Assembly: GCA_026770705.1 (NCBI GenBank)
Contig: JANJGN010000001.1
Coordinates: forward strand, 109,616,001 to 109,680,000
DNA: 64,000 nt
Origin: Isurus oxyrinchus
Lineage: Eukaryota
Reading direction: 5' to 3'
Shown piece by piece: positions 12,583 through 26,307 of this stretch. Below the pieces are notes generated by a model. The model did not search any database. It saw only the letters and a list, made by a program, of their open reading frames with translations, and was not told the origin of the DNA. How positions within the stretch are numbered: position 1 is the first letter of the stretch; the number at the start of each line of letters is the position of its first letter. Made by a program: the position numbers and the translations under genes.

Positions 12583-13320
12583 ATCAGAGGGACCTTGGTG
12601 CACACCTCCATAGATCATTGAAGGCAGCAGGACAGGTAGATAAGGTGGTTAAGAACACACATGGGGTACTTGTCTTTATTAACCAGGGCATTGAATACAA
12701 GAGCAGGGAGGTTATGATGGAGCTGTATAAAACATTAATTAGACCACATCTGGAGTACTGTGTGCAGTTCTGGTCACCACACTGTGGGAAAAATGTGATT
12801 GCACTAAAGAGGGTGTCGAGGAGATTCACCAGGATGTTGCCTGGGCAGGAGCATTTCAGCTATGAAGAGAGATTGGATAGGCTGGGATTGTTTTCCTTGG
12901 AGCAGAGAAGGCTGGAGAGGACTTGACGTAGGTGTACAAAATTATGAGGGGCAAAGATAGGGTAGATGGAAAGAAACTTTCTTAAAGTTTTATCATTTCC
13001 CCTTAGTGGAGGTGTCAATAACCAGGGGGCATAGATTTAAGTCAAGGGGCGGGAGGTTTCGAGGGGTTTTGAGAAAAGATTTTTTTCACCCAGAGGGTGC
13101 GGGGTATCTGGAACTTACTACCTGAAAGGGTGGTAGAGGCGGGAACACTCGACATTTAAGAAGCATTTAGATGAACATTTGAAACACCATAGCATACAAC
13201 GCTACAGGCCAAGTGCTGGGAAATGGGGTTACAGTAGATAGGGAATTGATGACCAGTGCACACACAATGGGCCAAAGGGCCTCTTTCCATGCTGTAAACT
13301 CTGTGACACTATGACACTGT
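12583..13320 (+). mobile_element. CR1 (HER1-like) LINE 3' end
   Basis: RDLGAHLHRSLK...LYKTLIRPHLEYCVQFWSP...SYEERLDRLGLFSLEQRRL; ends in octamer-like tail CTGTGACACTATGACACTGT. Confidence 0.92.
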
Positions 13321-13589
13321 AAGGCATGGTAACTGAGGAGGTAACCAGCGGGACCATTGAGTCCTGGTCTTGGATGCAATGCAGGGAGCCTAATTAATGG
13401 CCTAACTAGATCAGGAATGGTGAGTACATTTTCTGATTCACCTACATCCTATGCTTTAAAGCATCCCTACCCCCTCCACAATTTGTCTTGCCAAGCATGT
13501 TCTATCACATCTATCACATCCTTAAATCATTCAACATTTATCAGCACCCAGCATTCACTTTCTACACATTTCATCATTTTGCATTTTTA

Positions 13590-14370
13590 AAATTTATTCA
13601 TGGTATGTGGATGTTGCTGGCTAGGCCAGCATTTATTGTCCATCCCTAATTGCCCTTGATAAAATGATGGAGAGCCTCCTTCTTGAACAGCTGCAGTCCT
13701 TCTGGTGTAAGTAGACCCACAATGCTTTTAGAGAGCGAGTTCCAGGATTTTAACCCAGCAACAGTGAAGGAATAGTGATAGAATTCCAAATAAAGATGGT
13801 GTGCCACATTTTCAGGTGATGGTATTAATGTGTCTGCTGCCCTTGTTCTTCTGGGTGGTAGAAGTCATGAGTTTGGAAGGTGCTGTCAAAACTTGACAAG
13901 TTACTGAGGTGCATTTTGTAGATGGTATACACTGCTGCCACTGCGGGACTGTGTGGAAGGAGTGGTTGGGGTGCCAGTCAAGCTGGCTTCTTTGTCCTGT
14001 CAAACTTCTTGAGTGTTGTCAGAGCTGCACTCATCCAGATAATGGAGAGTATTCCATCAAACTCCTAACTTGTGCTTGGTGGGCAAGTTTTTGGGGAGTC
14101 AGGAGGTGAGTTACTTGCCACACAATTCCCAGCCTCAGACTTGCTCTTCTAGCCACAGTATTTATATTACTGGTCCAATTAAGGTTCTGGACAATGTTGA
14201 CCTTGAGGTATTGATAATGGGGGGATTCAGTGATGGTAATGTCTTTGAATATCAACGGGAGATGGTTAGGTTCTCTCTTGTTTGACGTGATCATTGTGTG
14301 ACACTTACCAGTTATCAGTTCAAGCCTGAATGCTGTCCAGTTCTTATTGCATGCAGGCATGGACTCCTTC
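13590..14370 (-). mobile_element. CR1-group LINE family B, 3' portion
   Basis: Family tail CCAGCATTTATTG.CCATCCCTAATTGCCCTTGA; minus ORF with LNWTSNINTVARRASLRLGI and AQVRSLMEYS. Confidence 0.85.
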
Positions 14371-15444
14371 ACTATTCATTCACCATTGCCAATCACCACA
14401 ATCCTTATGCAATGTGATGCGCCTGTTTCATATAGTCATTATGGCTGAACGCACTGCATACATCAGGTGTGTACCTGATCGTTACTTACTCACGGGTCTG
14501 TTTTTTTCACCCCATGGGAGAAGAGAGTGCAAAGTGCAAGGGAGAGGGCAAAGGTGGATGTGATCTTGAAATTGTGCAGCTCACAGGTGCAGAGGAGAAT
14601 ACCCTGATACATCAGCTTTCCCCTAAATTTAAGATGAAGAGACAAGGAGCTCAAAGAAAGCCGGTGTCAAAATTATAGATATCTCTGACACACACAAATT
14701 GATTTCATTTCATAGGTAACAAAACTGTGAGAAGACTGTGTCAGTGATTAACAAGATTGTGACTTTGGCTAAACCATATCACTTTCTTTTGTTTTCCAGG
14801 GTCTTCATGCATACAGCAAGTGTTACACAACACCCATGAGAATGATTCCTCAGAGGAACTCATTCCTTCAGAGGACGTACAGCCATCCACCAACACAATA
14901 CTTCCACTTTGATGGGTCCAATTAGATGGTTAGTTGGATTCTCACCTAGTGATTCACATCTCACAAGTGAGCACGAGCAGGCACAAGTGTCAGGGACAGC
15001 TGTGGAGAGTCCGCAATGGGAGGCAAAATCTTCTCTTTGGTTAATTGAACATAGATGCTGAATCCACGGGCTATTGTTGAGAAGGTCCTAAAGGTAAAAA
15101 GCAACTCATCCAGGCACTGGCAGACATGTCACTCGCAATGGTGAAGGGGATGGAGGAGTCTAACTCAATCACTAGGGAATTGGTGGAGCAGGGAATTGCG
15201 AGAATAATTGCCATGGAGAGGTAGTTTGCCTCCATGGGGCATCAAGTATGGCTGTGAAATGAGACCAAGCAGGCCATGACCACACCCATGCAGATTTTGG
15301 TTCCACCATGTCAGCTGCCTTAAACAAAATAACAAATATATTATCCATGGCCTAGTGCCATTGATCTCCACCAAAGTGGTCTGCAATAGAGCGATGTGGC
15401 ACTGGCCAGGACAGTGATGATGGTGAAAGGGAAAATGCAACACC

Positions 15445-16715
15445 TTATTCAAGATAGGAGGGAGGCAGAAAACAAGAAACCATAGGCCAGTTAGCCTAAC
15501 ATCTTATCATTGGGAAAATTCTGGAATCGATTATTAAGGAAGTAATGGCAGGTCAGTTAGAAAATCGTACTACAATCAAGCAGCATTAATATGGTTTTAT
15601 TAAGGGGAAATTGCGTTTGATAAATTTATTTGAGTCTTTTGAGGACGTAAAATGCAGGGTGGGTAAAGGGAAATCTGTAGATGTGGTTTATTTGGATTTC
15701 CAAAAGACATTTGATAAGGTACCACATAAAAGGTTACTGCACAAGATAAGAGCTAATGGTGTTCAAGGTAATATATCAGCATGGATAGATGATTGGCTAA
15801 CTAACAGGAAACAGAGAGTTGAGATAAATGGTTCATTTTCAGGTTAACAAATTGCAACTAATGGTGTGCCAGAGGGATCAGTTCCAGCACCTCAACTATT
15901 TATAATGTAAGTTACTGACTTGGATGAAAGAACTGAGTATTTTGAAGCCAAATTTGCTGCTGATACAAAGATAGGTAGGAAAACAAGTTGTGAGCAGGAT
16001 ATAAAGAGTCTGCAAAGGAATATAGATAGGTTAGGTTACTTGCAGCTAAAGCAAGTAATGAGGAAAGCAAATTAAATGTTGGCTTTTATTGCAAGGAGGA
16101 TGGGGTGTAAAACTAGGGAAATCTTGCTACAACTGTACAGGAGATTGCTCAGGCCACAGCTAGAGAACTGCAAAGTGTTTTGGTTTCCTTATTTAAGGAG
16201 GGACATTCTTGCATTAGATGCAGTTCAGGACGTTCACTAGGTTGATTGCAGGAATGAAGGGGTTGTCTTATGAGGAAATGTTGAGCAGGTCAGACTTATA
16301 CTTACTGGAGTTTCGAAGAATGAAAGGTGATTTTATTGGAACATATCAAGTTCTGAGGGGGCTTGACAGGGTTGATGTGGCGAGGATATTTCTCCTTGTA
16401 GGCAAACCTAGAACTCGGGGGCACAGTTTAAAAATCAGGAGTCTCCCAATTAAGATGGAGATGAGGAGGAGTTTCTTTTCTCAGAGGGTCATTAATCTTT
16501 GGAATTGCATACCCCAGGGAGCAGTGGAGGCTGGGCCATTGAATCTCTTCGAAACTGAGTTAGACAGATTTTTTGGTCCACAAAGAAGTCAATGGTTGTG
16601 ATGAGGCAGGCAGGATAGTGGGGTTGAGGCTCTAATCAGATCAACCATGATCTTATTGAATGGTAGAGCAGATTCAAGGGGCCAAATTCCTAATCCTTGC
16701 TCCTATTTCTTTTGT
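15445..16715 (+). mobile_element. CR1 LINE RT to 3' end, decayed
   Basis: VDVVYLDFQKTFDKVPHKRLL, WLTNRKQRV, FFSQRVINLWN. Confidence 0.92.
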
Positions 16716-17043
16716 TGTTAGGGGGCACAGAAGTGGTAACTCCACCCAATGCACTCCCATTTCTCACTCATTGCACACCCCCTCAGCCAATACCCACCAG
16801 GCTGCCTTGCCTGCACGGTTGCAGTTAGAACAGCGTTTGGTGGAGCCCCCAGAGGCTCCAAATCTCAGAGTCTCAGCTGTAGGAGCAGAGATCTGAGTGA
16901 CCTTACTCTGCCTCTGCTGAAGCTACGTGGGATGCACCACAGTGTAGGGGGTGGTGGTGTGTGTGTCAGCTTCACCTCTGACTTCTGAGCGATCTGAATC
17001 ACTCCCTCTCCCTGGGTTCTAGACCTTGGACTTATTTGGGGGT

Positions 17044-18120
17044 TGTGACAAAGTGCAGCAAACTTTGGTTTTGGTGCAAGAAAAGGACTGTGTTTATTGA
17101 AGTCACAAATGAATTTATGACATTAGGATTACACTAAGATTATACAGACTTACAAAGTACACTTAGTTAAGAATGGGGAACACATGGCATAACGAGGGAA
17201 AATCATGCTACTAATCCCCTTACCCTTATCCCAGCCCTCAAACCTAACTAAATTGAACAAGGAGAGGTCAGGGATCATGCTCACCAACCAAGATTCCTTG
17301 ACAGTTCAAAATCCAGCCAGATTGCAGTTTTGGGGTATTGTCTTTGTGTCCTCTGGGGCCAGCTGTCCCCATGTGGTCCTGGTCTGTGGAATCTGTGAAG
17401 GTTCTTCATTTGGGTGGAGGGCACGGTTGTGGGTGGTCAGTCTTCGTGGAGGGCTGCGGTTGCAGACTTGTCTTCGGTTGAGCCTGCCACCCCATGCCCA
17501 TCACTGTGATGTTGCCTGCGGGCCTGCGAACCTCCAGATCTCCTTCCTCCACTTGGCTCAGCTCCCTGCTTAAACTCTGCTTAAACTCTGCTTCAACCGC
17601 CCTAAAAACTGCTCACATTCCTGTGTCCACCTCCCCTTCATAACTGGTGGCCCAGTTATACTTTTTTTTCAAATTTCTTATCTCAATCCAAATCAAGATT
17701 AGTTCTTTGTCTGATTTTGGTGGGCCTCCCCAGGTGATTGTTGCCTCGTTGTTTTTAGTGTGCTCGCATGATGTTTATCATTGTTTTCCTGTCCACGTAA
17801 CTAGTCTTGAACTGAAAGCCATTGTATTTGTGGAGTATTGATAGGTTCGCATAATTGCATTGATTGCGGCCTTCCTGCCTAAGTAGTTAGTAGCGATTAT
17901 TTATGCAAGATTTTGATGGGCTTTAGTTTTGTGTAAGATGAAGTCTTTCTCTGGGTTGATTGTTTTAAAGGGAAGAATGAGTATTCTGTCTCCTCATGTC
18001 CTAGCCTCCTGTCTGGAGGGTTTTATACCCAACCCAGCAGTTGGGTCTTCTGCCACAAAAGTCCAAAAGTCATATCCTTGTTGATGATATGAAAAATGAG
18101 GGAATTTTGAGAACCCTTCA
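17044..18120 (-). mobile_element. Unclassified ~1.1-kb LTR-like repeat
   Basis: TG...CA ends and a minus-strand poly(A)-like signal (TTTATTG at ~17093). No coding motif and no TSD found. Confidence 0.35.
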
Positions 18121-18229
18121 CCAACCCCTACCCCAGCACATGTTTGTATACCACCATCAACAGTAGGGCAGCCCTTTCATCCTCCCACCCAGCACCCCCC
18201 CCCCCCACCCCCCACAACTCGCTTGAACT

Positions 18230-18716
18230 GCAAGGCAGCCCTTGCCACCCCCATCAACTCACCTCAACCACATGGCAGCCCTTGCCCTGGCACCACACTG
18301 TCGGACATCTAGGAAAATGCACCTTGCCTGCGTGTGTCATCGCCTGAATGCATGGTGCCTCAACCTTGACGTCCAACAGGCGACTCTCGCGAGTGCTGCT
18401 AAACGTTAATGTGCACTCACTTCCGAGGTCACCTCGAAGTGCCGCTCGCCAGCTGCACACCTTCTAAATGCTGTTGTGGAGACGTGCTTTGATGCTCCAG
18501 CATGGAGGGATGATTCCGGTGAACTCGGCTTATAAGTACATGCAGATGTGTTACAATGAAGTTTCTGACCAGTGGCGGGAAACACAGCCCGCCATTGATG
18601 GGAGGAGCGGACGGTTGCAAGCATGGTTCACGACGGTGTGAAACCGATATTTGGCCTTCCCGCCGGATTACGGCTACCATGACTCCCAATGCCAGCGGGC
18701 ATGAAAAATTCTGCCC
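18230..18716. mobile_element. Harbinger terminal fragment
   Basis: Homologous to 1400-1689; ends in TIR AAAATTCTGCCC at 18716. Confidence 0.75.
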
Positions 18717-18719
18717 AGT

Positions 18720-19137
18720 GAGTCTGGGGAATTGACAATGGAAAACAAATGGCAGAGACATTTTGTATCTGTCTTCACTGTAGAAGATCTAAAAAAACTT
18801 CCCAGCGATAATTGAAAACCAAGAGGTGAACAGAAAGGAGGAACTTAAACAATCACCGTCACCAGGGAAAGGTGCTGGGAAAACTATTGGACCTAATGAC
18901 TGACAAGTCCCCAGGACCAAATGGCCTGTATCCCATGCTCTTAAAAGAAGTGGCTGCAGAAATAGTAGAGGCATTGGTCATAACCTTCCAAAATTCTTTA
19001 GATTCTGGAAGGGTCCCAGTGAATTTGAAAATAGCTAATGTAACACTTTTATTCAAAAAAGGAAAGAAGTTGAAAGCAGGAAACAGCAGGCCAGTTAGCC
19101 AAACATCTGTCATAGGGAAATTGCTGGAATCCACTAT
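18720..19137 (+). mobile_element. CR1 LINE ORF2 internal fragment
   Basis: DKSPGPNGLYPMLLKE...ANVTLLFKKG..RPVSQTSVIGKLLES. Confidence 0.9.
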
Positions 19138-19299
19138 TAGTGCTCTTATGCCTCATTGTTTGGATTCCTCACAAATGTTATGAACTAAGTTCCTCTTGTG
19201 TCCTAAGAGCCAGCCCTTGAGGCTGGAAAAGCAATAATAGGAATAAATCATAACAGCTCCCAGGGAATTGAGTTGCACACTTGTATGAAATTCTTCTTG

Positions 19300-19960
19300 T
19301 GGTTGCACGTGAGCTGTGCATTGATAGACCAATATGCCTTGCAATTTATAAAAACTCCTGTTTGCTGTGATGGTGCTCAAATTGCCAAATATGTGCAGTC
19401 AATGGCACCCTATACCTGTGCGGATACAGCCAGAGAGATGAATCGGAGTGTCTTCTAATTCTGGCTATTGCCACCATGGGAAAAGTTTACATATCTCCTG
19501 TTCCTGATGGAACAATCCATTCATCAACTGCCTAATGCATTTATGTGCAGTGGACTGCAAGATCATCCATATGTTCTGAGAAAGCCCTGGAAAGATTCTG
19601 AGGTAAAAAGATTGAGGGTGAGCTTCATAGCCACTGGTAATGTGTGGCCACCAGGTCCAGCAAGGAGCAGGCCTTCTTCTAGCTGGCTGCAGGTATCTGC
19701 CAGCAACTGACATGACAACCTCAGCCTGCAGAAGCACTGCTCTTCTGAGATGTCAAAAAAGCTGAGCCTCTGTGTGTAAACCCTGTGACATGGCTAATGC
19801 CTCCTGCAACTTCAGCTCCTCTCCTCTGCATCATCTCCATATGCACCTCCCTCCTGCGGATCGCCCTCCTGTGCACCTGCTGATCCCACCACAGCTCACA
19901 GGACATCATGTCTGCAGTGGGCGGTGATGGTCTTCCTCATCTGATATGTTATCAAATGCA
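19300..19960 (-). pseudogene. Harbinger transposase N-terminal fragment
   Basis: The minus strand reads RVYTQRLSFFDISEEQCFCRLR and PQV*GAIDCTYLAI (first catalytic Asp motif). Confidence 0.75.
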
Positions 19961-20084
19961 CCTAATGTGTCTTCTATCCTGATTATGTCAGTTTGAAAGG
20001 TTCCAAAGTTATGAAAGTTAGCACAAGTGCTCTCAGCCAAATATTTGTCAGAAGGAGCTGAGACGCCAGCTGCAAAAGGTGAAC

Positions 20085-21108
20085 TGTGGTTCTACCCTTG
20101 ACCCCATCCTATTTCTCATCTACATTTTGCTCTTCAGTGACATCATCTGAAAACACATCAGCTTCCACAGTATGTTCATGACAGCCAACGATACCGAACC
20201 ACCACCTCTCTCCACCCACATTTCTAAGTTGTCAGGCTCCCCGTCTGCCAGCCAGTACTGGATGAATGGAAATGTTCTCCAATTAGATATTGGGAAAATT
20301 GAAGCCATTGTCTTCAGTCCCCACCACAAACCATTTTCTCACCACCAACTCCATCCCACTCCCTGGCAACTGCCTGAGATTGAATCAGAATGTTTACAAT
20401 CTTGGTGTCATATTTCACCGTGAGATGAGCTTTCAGCCATACATCCACGCCACCACTAACACTACATGCTTCCAACTGTGTAACATCGCTCAATGTAGCC
20501 CTGCCTCCGCTTATCTGCTCCAAAAGCATTCAGCCATGCTTTTGTTACCTTTAGACTTGATGATTGCAAAACACTCTCATCCCATCTCCCATTTTCTACC
20601 TTTAGAAACTTGAAGTCATCCAAAGCTCTGCTGCCCATGTACTAACTTGCAGCAAATCCCAATCATCCATCACTACATCCTTGCTGATCCACACTGATTT
20701 TTTATTAAACAATGCCTCAATTTTAAAATTATTATCCTTGTTTTCAAATCCCTCCATGGCCTCATCCTTCACTCTCTCTGTAATCTCCTCCAGCCTCACA
20801 ACCCTCTGAGATATCTACATTCCTCTAATTCTGGTCTCTTTACCATCCCTGATTTTAATCACTCCACCACTGGTGGCCATGCCTTGGTCCTACTAGAATT
20901 ATATCCCTAAACCTCCCTGCCTCTCTTCTTTTCTCTCCTCCTTTAAGACACTCCTTAAAACCAACCTCTTTGACCAAGCTTTGGGTCATCTGTCCTAGTA
21001 TCTCAGGTGGTTCAGTGTCATATTTTATTTTATAATGCCTCTGTGAAGCACCTTGGAGCATTTAATCATGCTAAAGGTGCCATATAAATACAAGTTATTG
21101 TTATTATT
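20085..21108 (+). mobile_element. L2 LINE 3' end
   Basis: WMNGNVLQLDIGKIEAIVF and NLGVIFHREMSFQPYIH; L2-type tail GTGAAGCACCTTGG...ATATAAATACAAGTTATTGTTATTA. Confidence 0.85.
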
Positions 21109-21232
21109 CAGATGGAACATTCACAGGCTTAAATATCCACCTGAACTATGATTCAATCTCACCCCACTTCACTGGTCAGTTTCCCGAGCCACAGCAAAAC
21201 CATATTGGAGACATTAAAGTTAAAGGTTTTAC

Positions 21233-22250
21233 AATTATGAGGTTTATAAGATCATTGTATTTTGGGACTGTAGTATTGAATTTAGGGTAAATGAAGTGGA
21301 ATCATATGATCTGTTCTGAGGTCTACCTAACTGTAAGCTTGAATTGTTTGATTGTAGAGATCAAAGGAAGGCTTAGTTTTTTTTTTATTGAGAAGAAGGT
21401 GCAAAGTATTTATGCTTGGTGACAATGGCAATAGTCTCTGAGTTTACAATGAGTAGAGTCTGACCCTCTTGACGTTTCAGAAAGCAGTTATAGTTATCAA
21501 ATTGTTAACAGTTGTGATATAAACTACCCATTTACTTCTAAGATAAAAAGGAGCTGAGATCAAGGGTAGCTATTTAGTGTTTATATCTGGATGCAAGGTT
21601 AATGGCAAGGTTTCACATTGCCACGTCAAAGAGGGCAGTAGAAACTATTGTTGAGATCAGGTTACAGGCTTCCCTACAAATCACAGACAGATAGCAGAGG
21701 TTCAGATGATTCTCAGCAGAGAGAAGAGGATTCTTGGCTTTGTGAGATACCACAGCCAGATATTGGAGGGAAATGGTCTCAATTTGAAGAAACACATCCT
21801 CCAACCATCTAGATATTCAAGGAGATTCATCCTGGAAAGACCAGGGGAAGAAGAAACATCAGAATAGGATTTACTTTTGGTGGTCAAGTTAAGGAACTCT
21901 TTGAATATTGAGGAAAATGCCTGGAGCTAGTGCCTCAAAGTTACTACTCAGCAAAATTGCGGTACTGAAACCTATCGGAAGCAGGGAGTAACTGTGACCT
22001 GTTTATGATAAAAGATTGTAATTCTGTGGAGAGTGTGATGCGTGATAAATGCAGAAAGGAAATGTTCCTCTCTGTACTTTAAAGTATAAATTCCCTGCAA
22101 AAAATAAAATAGTGTTTAGTAAATGGTTCTGTTGGCAGTTGTTAAAGTAAAGGTTTTAAAACATTAAATTTTGTTTTGTCATTCGTTCAGTTTCAACTGG
22201 AAGTTCGAGTCTCTTTTCAACAATTGTAGGTTTCTGTGGAGATCATAACA
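21233..22250 (+). mobile_element. Probable ~1-kb solo LTR
   Basis: Ends ..TTATGA / TCATAACA form short inverted termini and AATAAA lies at ~22102. No internal coding sequence; TSD not seen. Confidence 0.4.
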
Positions 22251-22937
22251 AACATGTTACTTGTAAAATAGTAAAATACAATTCAAAAAGACATCATCAA
22301 CATCTCTTTGGAACATTGCTATGAATATTACCCCCTCTCCTGCACTAATTAAGGTCTCAACTGCAGCGGGTTGTTTACTTGCAGGCATCCAAAAATGTCT
22401 CCGTTAAATGTGGAAGTAGGCGCGCTGGAGCTGGGTCTCTGGTCACGATCCAAAAATCACTGGACCATAATCTACTTTTTCTCAGTGGTTAATATCCCTC
22501 CCCAGTCTCTACCACTTCCAGCTGATCTCAGAAAGGGTGAGGGAATGTAGCAACAACTAACAACAACCAACCTCTGGCTGGGAAGAGGATAGTTCAGCTG
22601 GGTTGAAAAAGAAATCAGACAGGGTTCCTGTGCTAGCAAGTTAGCTGCCTGTCAAGTTCCTTGGGTATAGTGTGGATGCATCTGATGTCAGAGTTAATCC
22701 GTAGAACATAAGAGCAATGGAAGAATTTCCAGACGTTTGGAAGGTGACTGAAATCCAGTGATTCATGAGTATTATGTACCAAGTCGGAATGTACCTGCCC
22801 AACCTAGCTGTTGTCAGTGAGGTCAGTTATTGCAACAGGTGAATACATGGTGCTGAGAGGAAGCACAAAAAAGGTTTTTGAGATAATCAAAGAGATGCTG
22901 ATATCACCTGATATTTTAGCTTGCTATGACCCAGGAA

Positions 22938-24070
22938 TTTTTAAAAATTCATTTATGGGATGTTGGCATCATTGGCTAGGCAAGCAGTTATACCCCATCA
23001 CTAATTGTCCTTGAGAAGGTGATGGTGAGCTGCCTTCTTAAACTGCTGCAGTCCATGTGATGTAGGTATACCGACAGTGCTGTTAGGGAGGGAGTTCCAG
23101 GATTTTGATTCAGCAACAGTGAAGGAACAGCGATATATTTCGAGGTCAGAATGGTGAGCGGCTTAGTGGGGAATTTCCAAATGGTGGTGTTCCCATATAT
23201 CTACTGCCCTTGTCCTTCTAGGTGTGTTTGGAAGGTGCTGTCTTAGGGGCCTTGGTGTGTTTCTGCAGTGCATCTTATAGATGGTACACACTGCTGCTAC
23301 TGTTCATTGGTGGTGGAGGGAGTGAGTGTTTGTGGAAGGGATGCCAATCAAGTGAGCTGCTTTGTATTGGATGGTGTCAAACTTCTTGCGTTTTGTTGGA
23401 GCTGCATACATCCAGGCAAGTGGAGGGTATTCCATCACACTCCTGACTTGTGTCTTGTAGATGGTGGACACACTTTGGGGAGTCAGGAGATCAGTTACTC
23501 ACTGCAGATTCCTATTCCTCTGACCTGCTATTGTAGCTACAGTATTTATATGCCTAGTTTAGTTCAGTTTCTAATCAATGGTAACTCCCAGGATATTGAT
23601 AGTGGGGGATTCAGCAATGGTAATGCCATTGAATGTCAAGGAGCAATGGCCATTGCATAGTACTTGTGTTGCACAAATGTCACTTGCCACTTGTCAGCCC
23701 AAGCCTGGATATTGTCCAGCTCTTACTGCATTCAGACATGGACTGCTTCAGTATCTAAGGAGTTGCAAATGGTGCTGAACATTGCGCAATCATCATCAAA
23801 CATCCCCACTTCTGACCTTATGATGGAAGGAAGGCCATTGATGAAGCAGCTGAGGATGTTTGGGCATCGGACACTACCCTGAGGAATTCCTGCAGTGATG
23901 TCCTGGAACTAAGATGAATGACTTCCAACAACCAGAACTATCTCCCTTTGTCCTAGGTATGACTCTTACCAGTGAAGAGTTTCTCCTTAATTCCCATTGA
24001 CTCCACTTTTGCTAGGGCTCCTTGATGCCACATTTGCCTTGATGTCAAGGGCAGTCAGTCTCACCTCACC
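22938..24070 (-). mobile_element. CR1-group LINE family B inserted into Gypsy pol
   Basis: Family tail at ~22945-23040 and homology to 7690-8900. Gypsy reading YDPG|IIITAD resumes on the other side. Confidence 0.85.
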
Positions 24071-24239
24071 TATTATCATTACTGCAGATACATCTTCTAC
24101 AGGGTTGGGAGCTGTACTTTTTCAGATACAGATGGATGGAAAGCGCAGACCAGTTTACTATCATCCTGTTCATTGACAGTGATAGAGAAAGAAGCAGCGA
24201 TTCACTGCTACATGGACCTGTGGGAAGTTCACAGATTAT

Positions 24240-24398
24240 GGCTGGGATTTTCCGGCCCCAATACTGGCAGGCATCATCATGTGGATATGGGGTTGGATGG
24301 CAAAACTTGGAGCGCTATTGACTTTTAACAACTCTCCAAATTTTCTCATCCTGCCCGGAACAATGTGCGCCAGGGTTGGGGGCAGGAAAATCCCGCCC
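24240..24398. mobile_element. Harbinger-type MITE (159 bp) in Gypsy RNase H
   Basis: TIRs GGCTGGGATTTT / AAAATCCCGCCC with TSD TAT. Removal restores FTDY-VFGLHFKIETDHKPLV. Confidence 0.9.
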
Positions 24399-26102
24399 TA
24401 TGTTTTTGGTCTCCACTTCAAGATAGAGACAGACCATAAGCCCTTAGTGAAACTCTTAAATTTTAAGGAGTACAACGATTCAGACTGAGGATGATGGTGT
24501 TTGATGCAAAGGGAAAGCAGCAGTATACAGCACAAGTTTTGCCGCGCATTCCAAGGCCTACGCAAGGTGAGGTAGCCCTGGCTGAAGAGGTGGAAATCTT
24601 TGCACGACAATAACCACAACTCTTCCAGCAACAACTCATCAACTGAATGAAATCAGAGATGCACGTAAATCTGATGATGGTGCTCAAGTCAGAGAGTACT
24701 GTGTCAAAGGATGGACAGCATACATGCCACACAATCCCATGTTCAGACAGACAGAAAGCACAGAGAGGACACATCAGTGCAGTTTCTGATTTACTAATCT
24801 TTGATGCGAGGTTGGTCATCCCGAGAGTTCTGAGACTTGCAAAACTACAATGATTGCACGAAGGATATTTGGGCATCACAAAATGTTGAGCCAGAGCAAG
24901 ATATTCTATTTGGTGGCCAGGCCTCTCTAAGTCATTGAAGGAGATGATGATAAATTGTATTACTTGTGCTATTCATCGTCAGGAGACAAGAGAACCATTG
25001 ATTTCATCTTCCTTCCCATCACAACCATGGGAAATCTTGGGATGGACCTCTTTGAACACAGAGATAAGATGTTCTTGATCAAAGTGGATGACTACTTCAG
25101 ATGGATCGAAGTCAAGCAACTCAGGGTCACACTTCTGAAGCAGTAATTAGATCATTTAAGGAGATATTTGCAACACATGGAATCTTGTACCTTGTAATCT
25201 CAGACAAGGGACCACAGTTTGTCAATGAATACTTTACAGAGTTCACGGCATTGTATGGATTTGCCCATACTACCAGCTCACCAAGATACCCTCAAACCAA
25301 CAGTGAAACTGAAAGGGAGTACATTCAGTGAAAGCATTACTGAAGAAGAATGATGACATTCAACCCGCACTTCTGAGCTATTGTTCAATTCCACTGCTGA
25401 ATGGTCCAGCGCCACGTGAACTCCTCCTGGGAAGAAGACTAAGAACTCAACTCCCTAATCTCCCAAACACACACTCATGGTGCAAGTACAAGCTGGTGAT
25501 TTGGCAACTTGAGAAAGAAAGGGGGCAAATATCATTCCAGCCAGATGTGGAATTATGACAAATGTCACAAGGCACACAACCAGCCAGACCTCCAACCAGG
25601 GGAGCCAGTTTGGATCTGAGACCAATCTCGCTATGGACAAGTGGTTTAACAGACACCAAATCCATGGTCCTACCTCATCCAAACAAATCACAGTACAGTG
25701 AGACAGAACAGACATGCATTAGTTGCCATACAGAAGCAGCCTCTTACCCTGTGGGAACAGTCATCTATCCTACCTAACTGGCCAGAGATGCTGTCTTCAT
25801 CCACCAAGCCAAGTGACAACCTGACTGGTGAAAATGGGTTATCTATCAATTCCCCTCCTGCCTAGCAGAATCTGAGAAACTACCCGCAGGATTCAATCCC
25901 CAATCCCCTCCAAAGGAGAAGAGGACCCATTCTGGTAGACACATGAAACTGCCACAATGTTTGTCCCTGTAAAAAGAAGGAAGGAGATAAAAGGGCCTAA
26001 GAGAAGAAAACAAGATTCAGAATTGCAACACATCAGAGTTTAAAGTTGAGGTTTGTGTGATCTTCACGATATAGAAATGAGAAGCAGAGAGTTGGAAGGA
26101 GA

Positions 26103-26307
26103 TGTAGTGTAATGGGTTAATTTTAAATGTTTAATATGCTAATCAGACACTGTGTGCATCATCATCACAGGAAGTGATGAAGCATGATTTGAGCTCTCGT
26201 GCAGCCTCGTCGAAGATGTGGCCAAAGCAGTCAAAGGGGTTCCAATAAAGCTCATATTATTTGAACAATACCAAGAATATTATAAGGTCAGCCCAGGAGT
26301 AACAACA
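26103..26307 (+). repeat. Gypsy 3' LTR (205 bp)
   Basis: Follows the PPT; TGTAGT...ACAACA ends; AATAAA at ~26244. Confidence 0.8.

Larger units (their letters stand above)
12340..15420 (+). pseudogene. Fragmented Harbinger Myb/SANT-like gene split by two LINE insertions
   Basis: RARAAPRFSE (~12460-12490) continues after the CR1 insert as KAW..EEVTS...WMQCR..NGLTRSGM|GTGAGT (~13320-13425). Further exon-like pieces follow at 14500-15420, including the acceptor TTTTCCAG at ~14799. Confidence 0.6.
22640..26307 (+). mobile_element. Gypsy (Ty3) LTR retrotransposon, 5'-truncated (RT end, RNase H, integrase, 3' LTR)
   Basis: YDPG..IIITADTSSTGLGAVL, ETDHKPLV, IWWPGL, ISDKGPQF, TTSSPRYPQTN, PRELLLGRRLRT; polypurine tract GAGTTGGAAGGAGA before the LTR. 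Confidence 0.9.
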
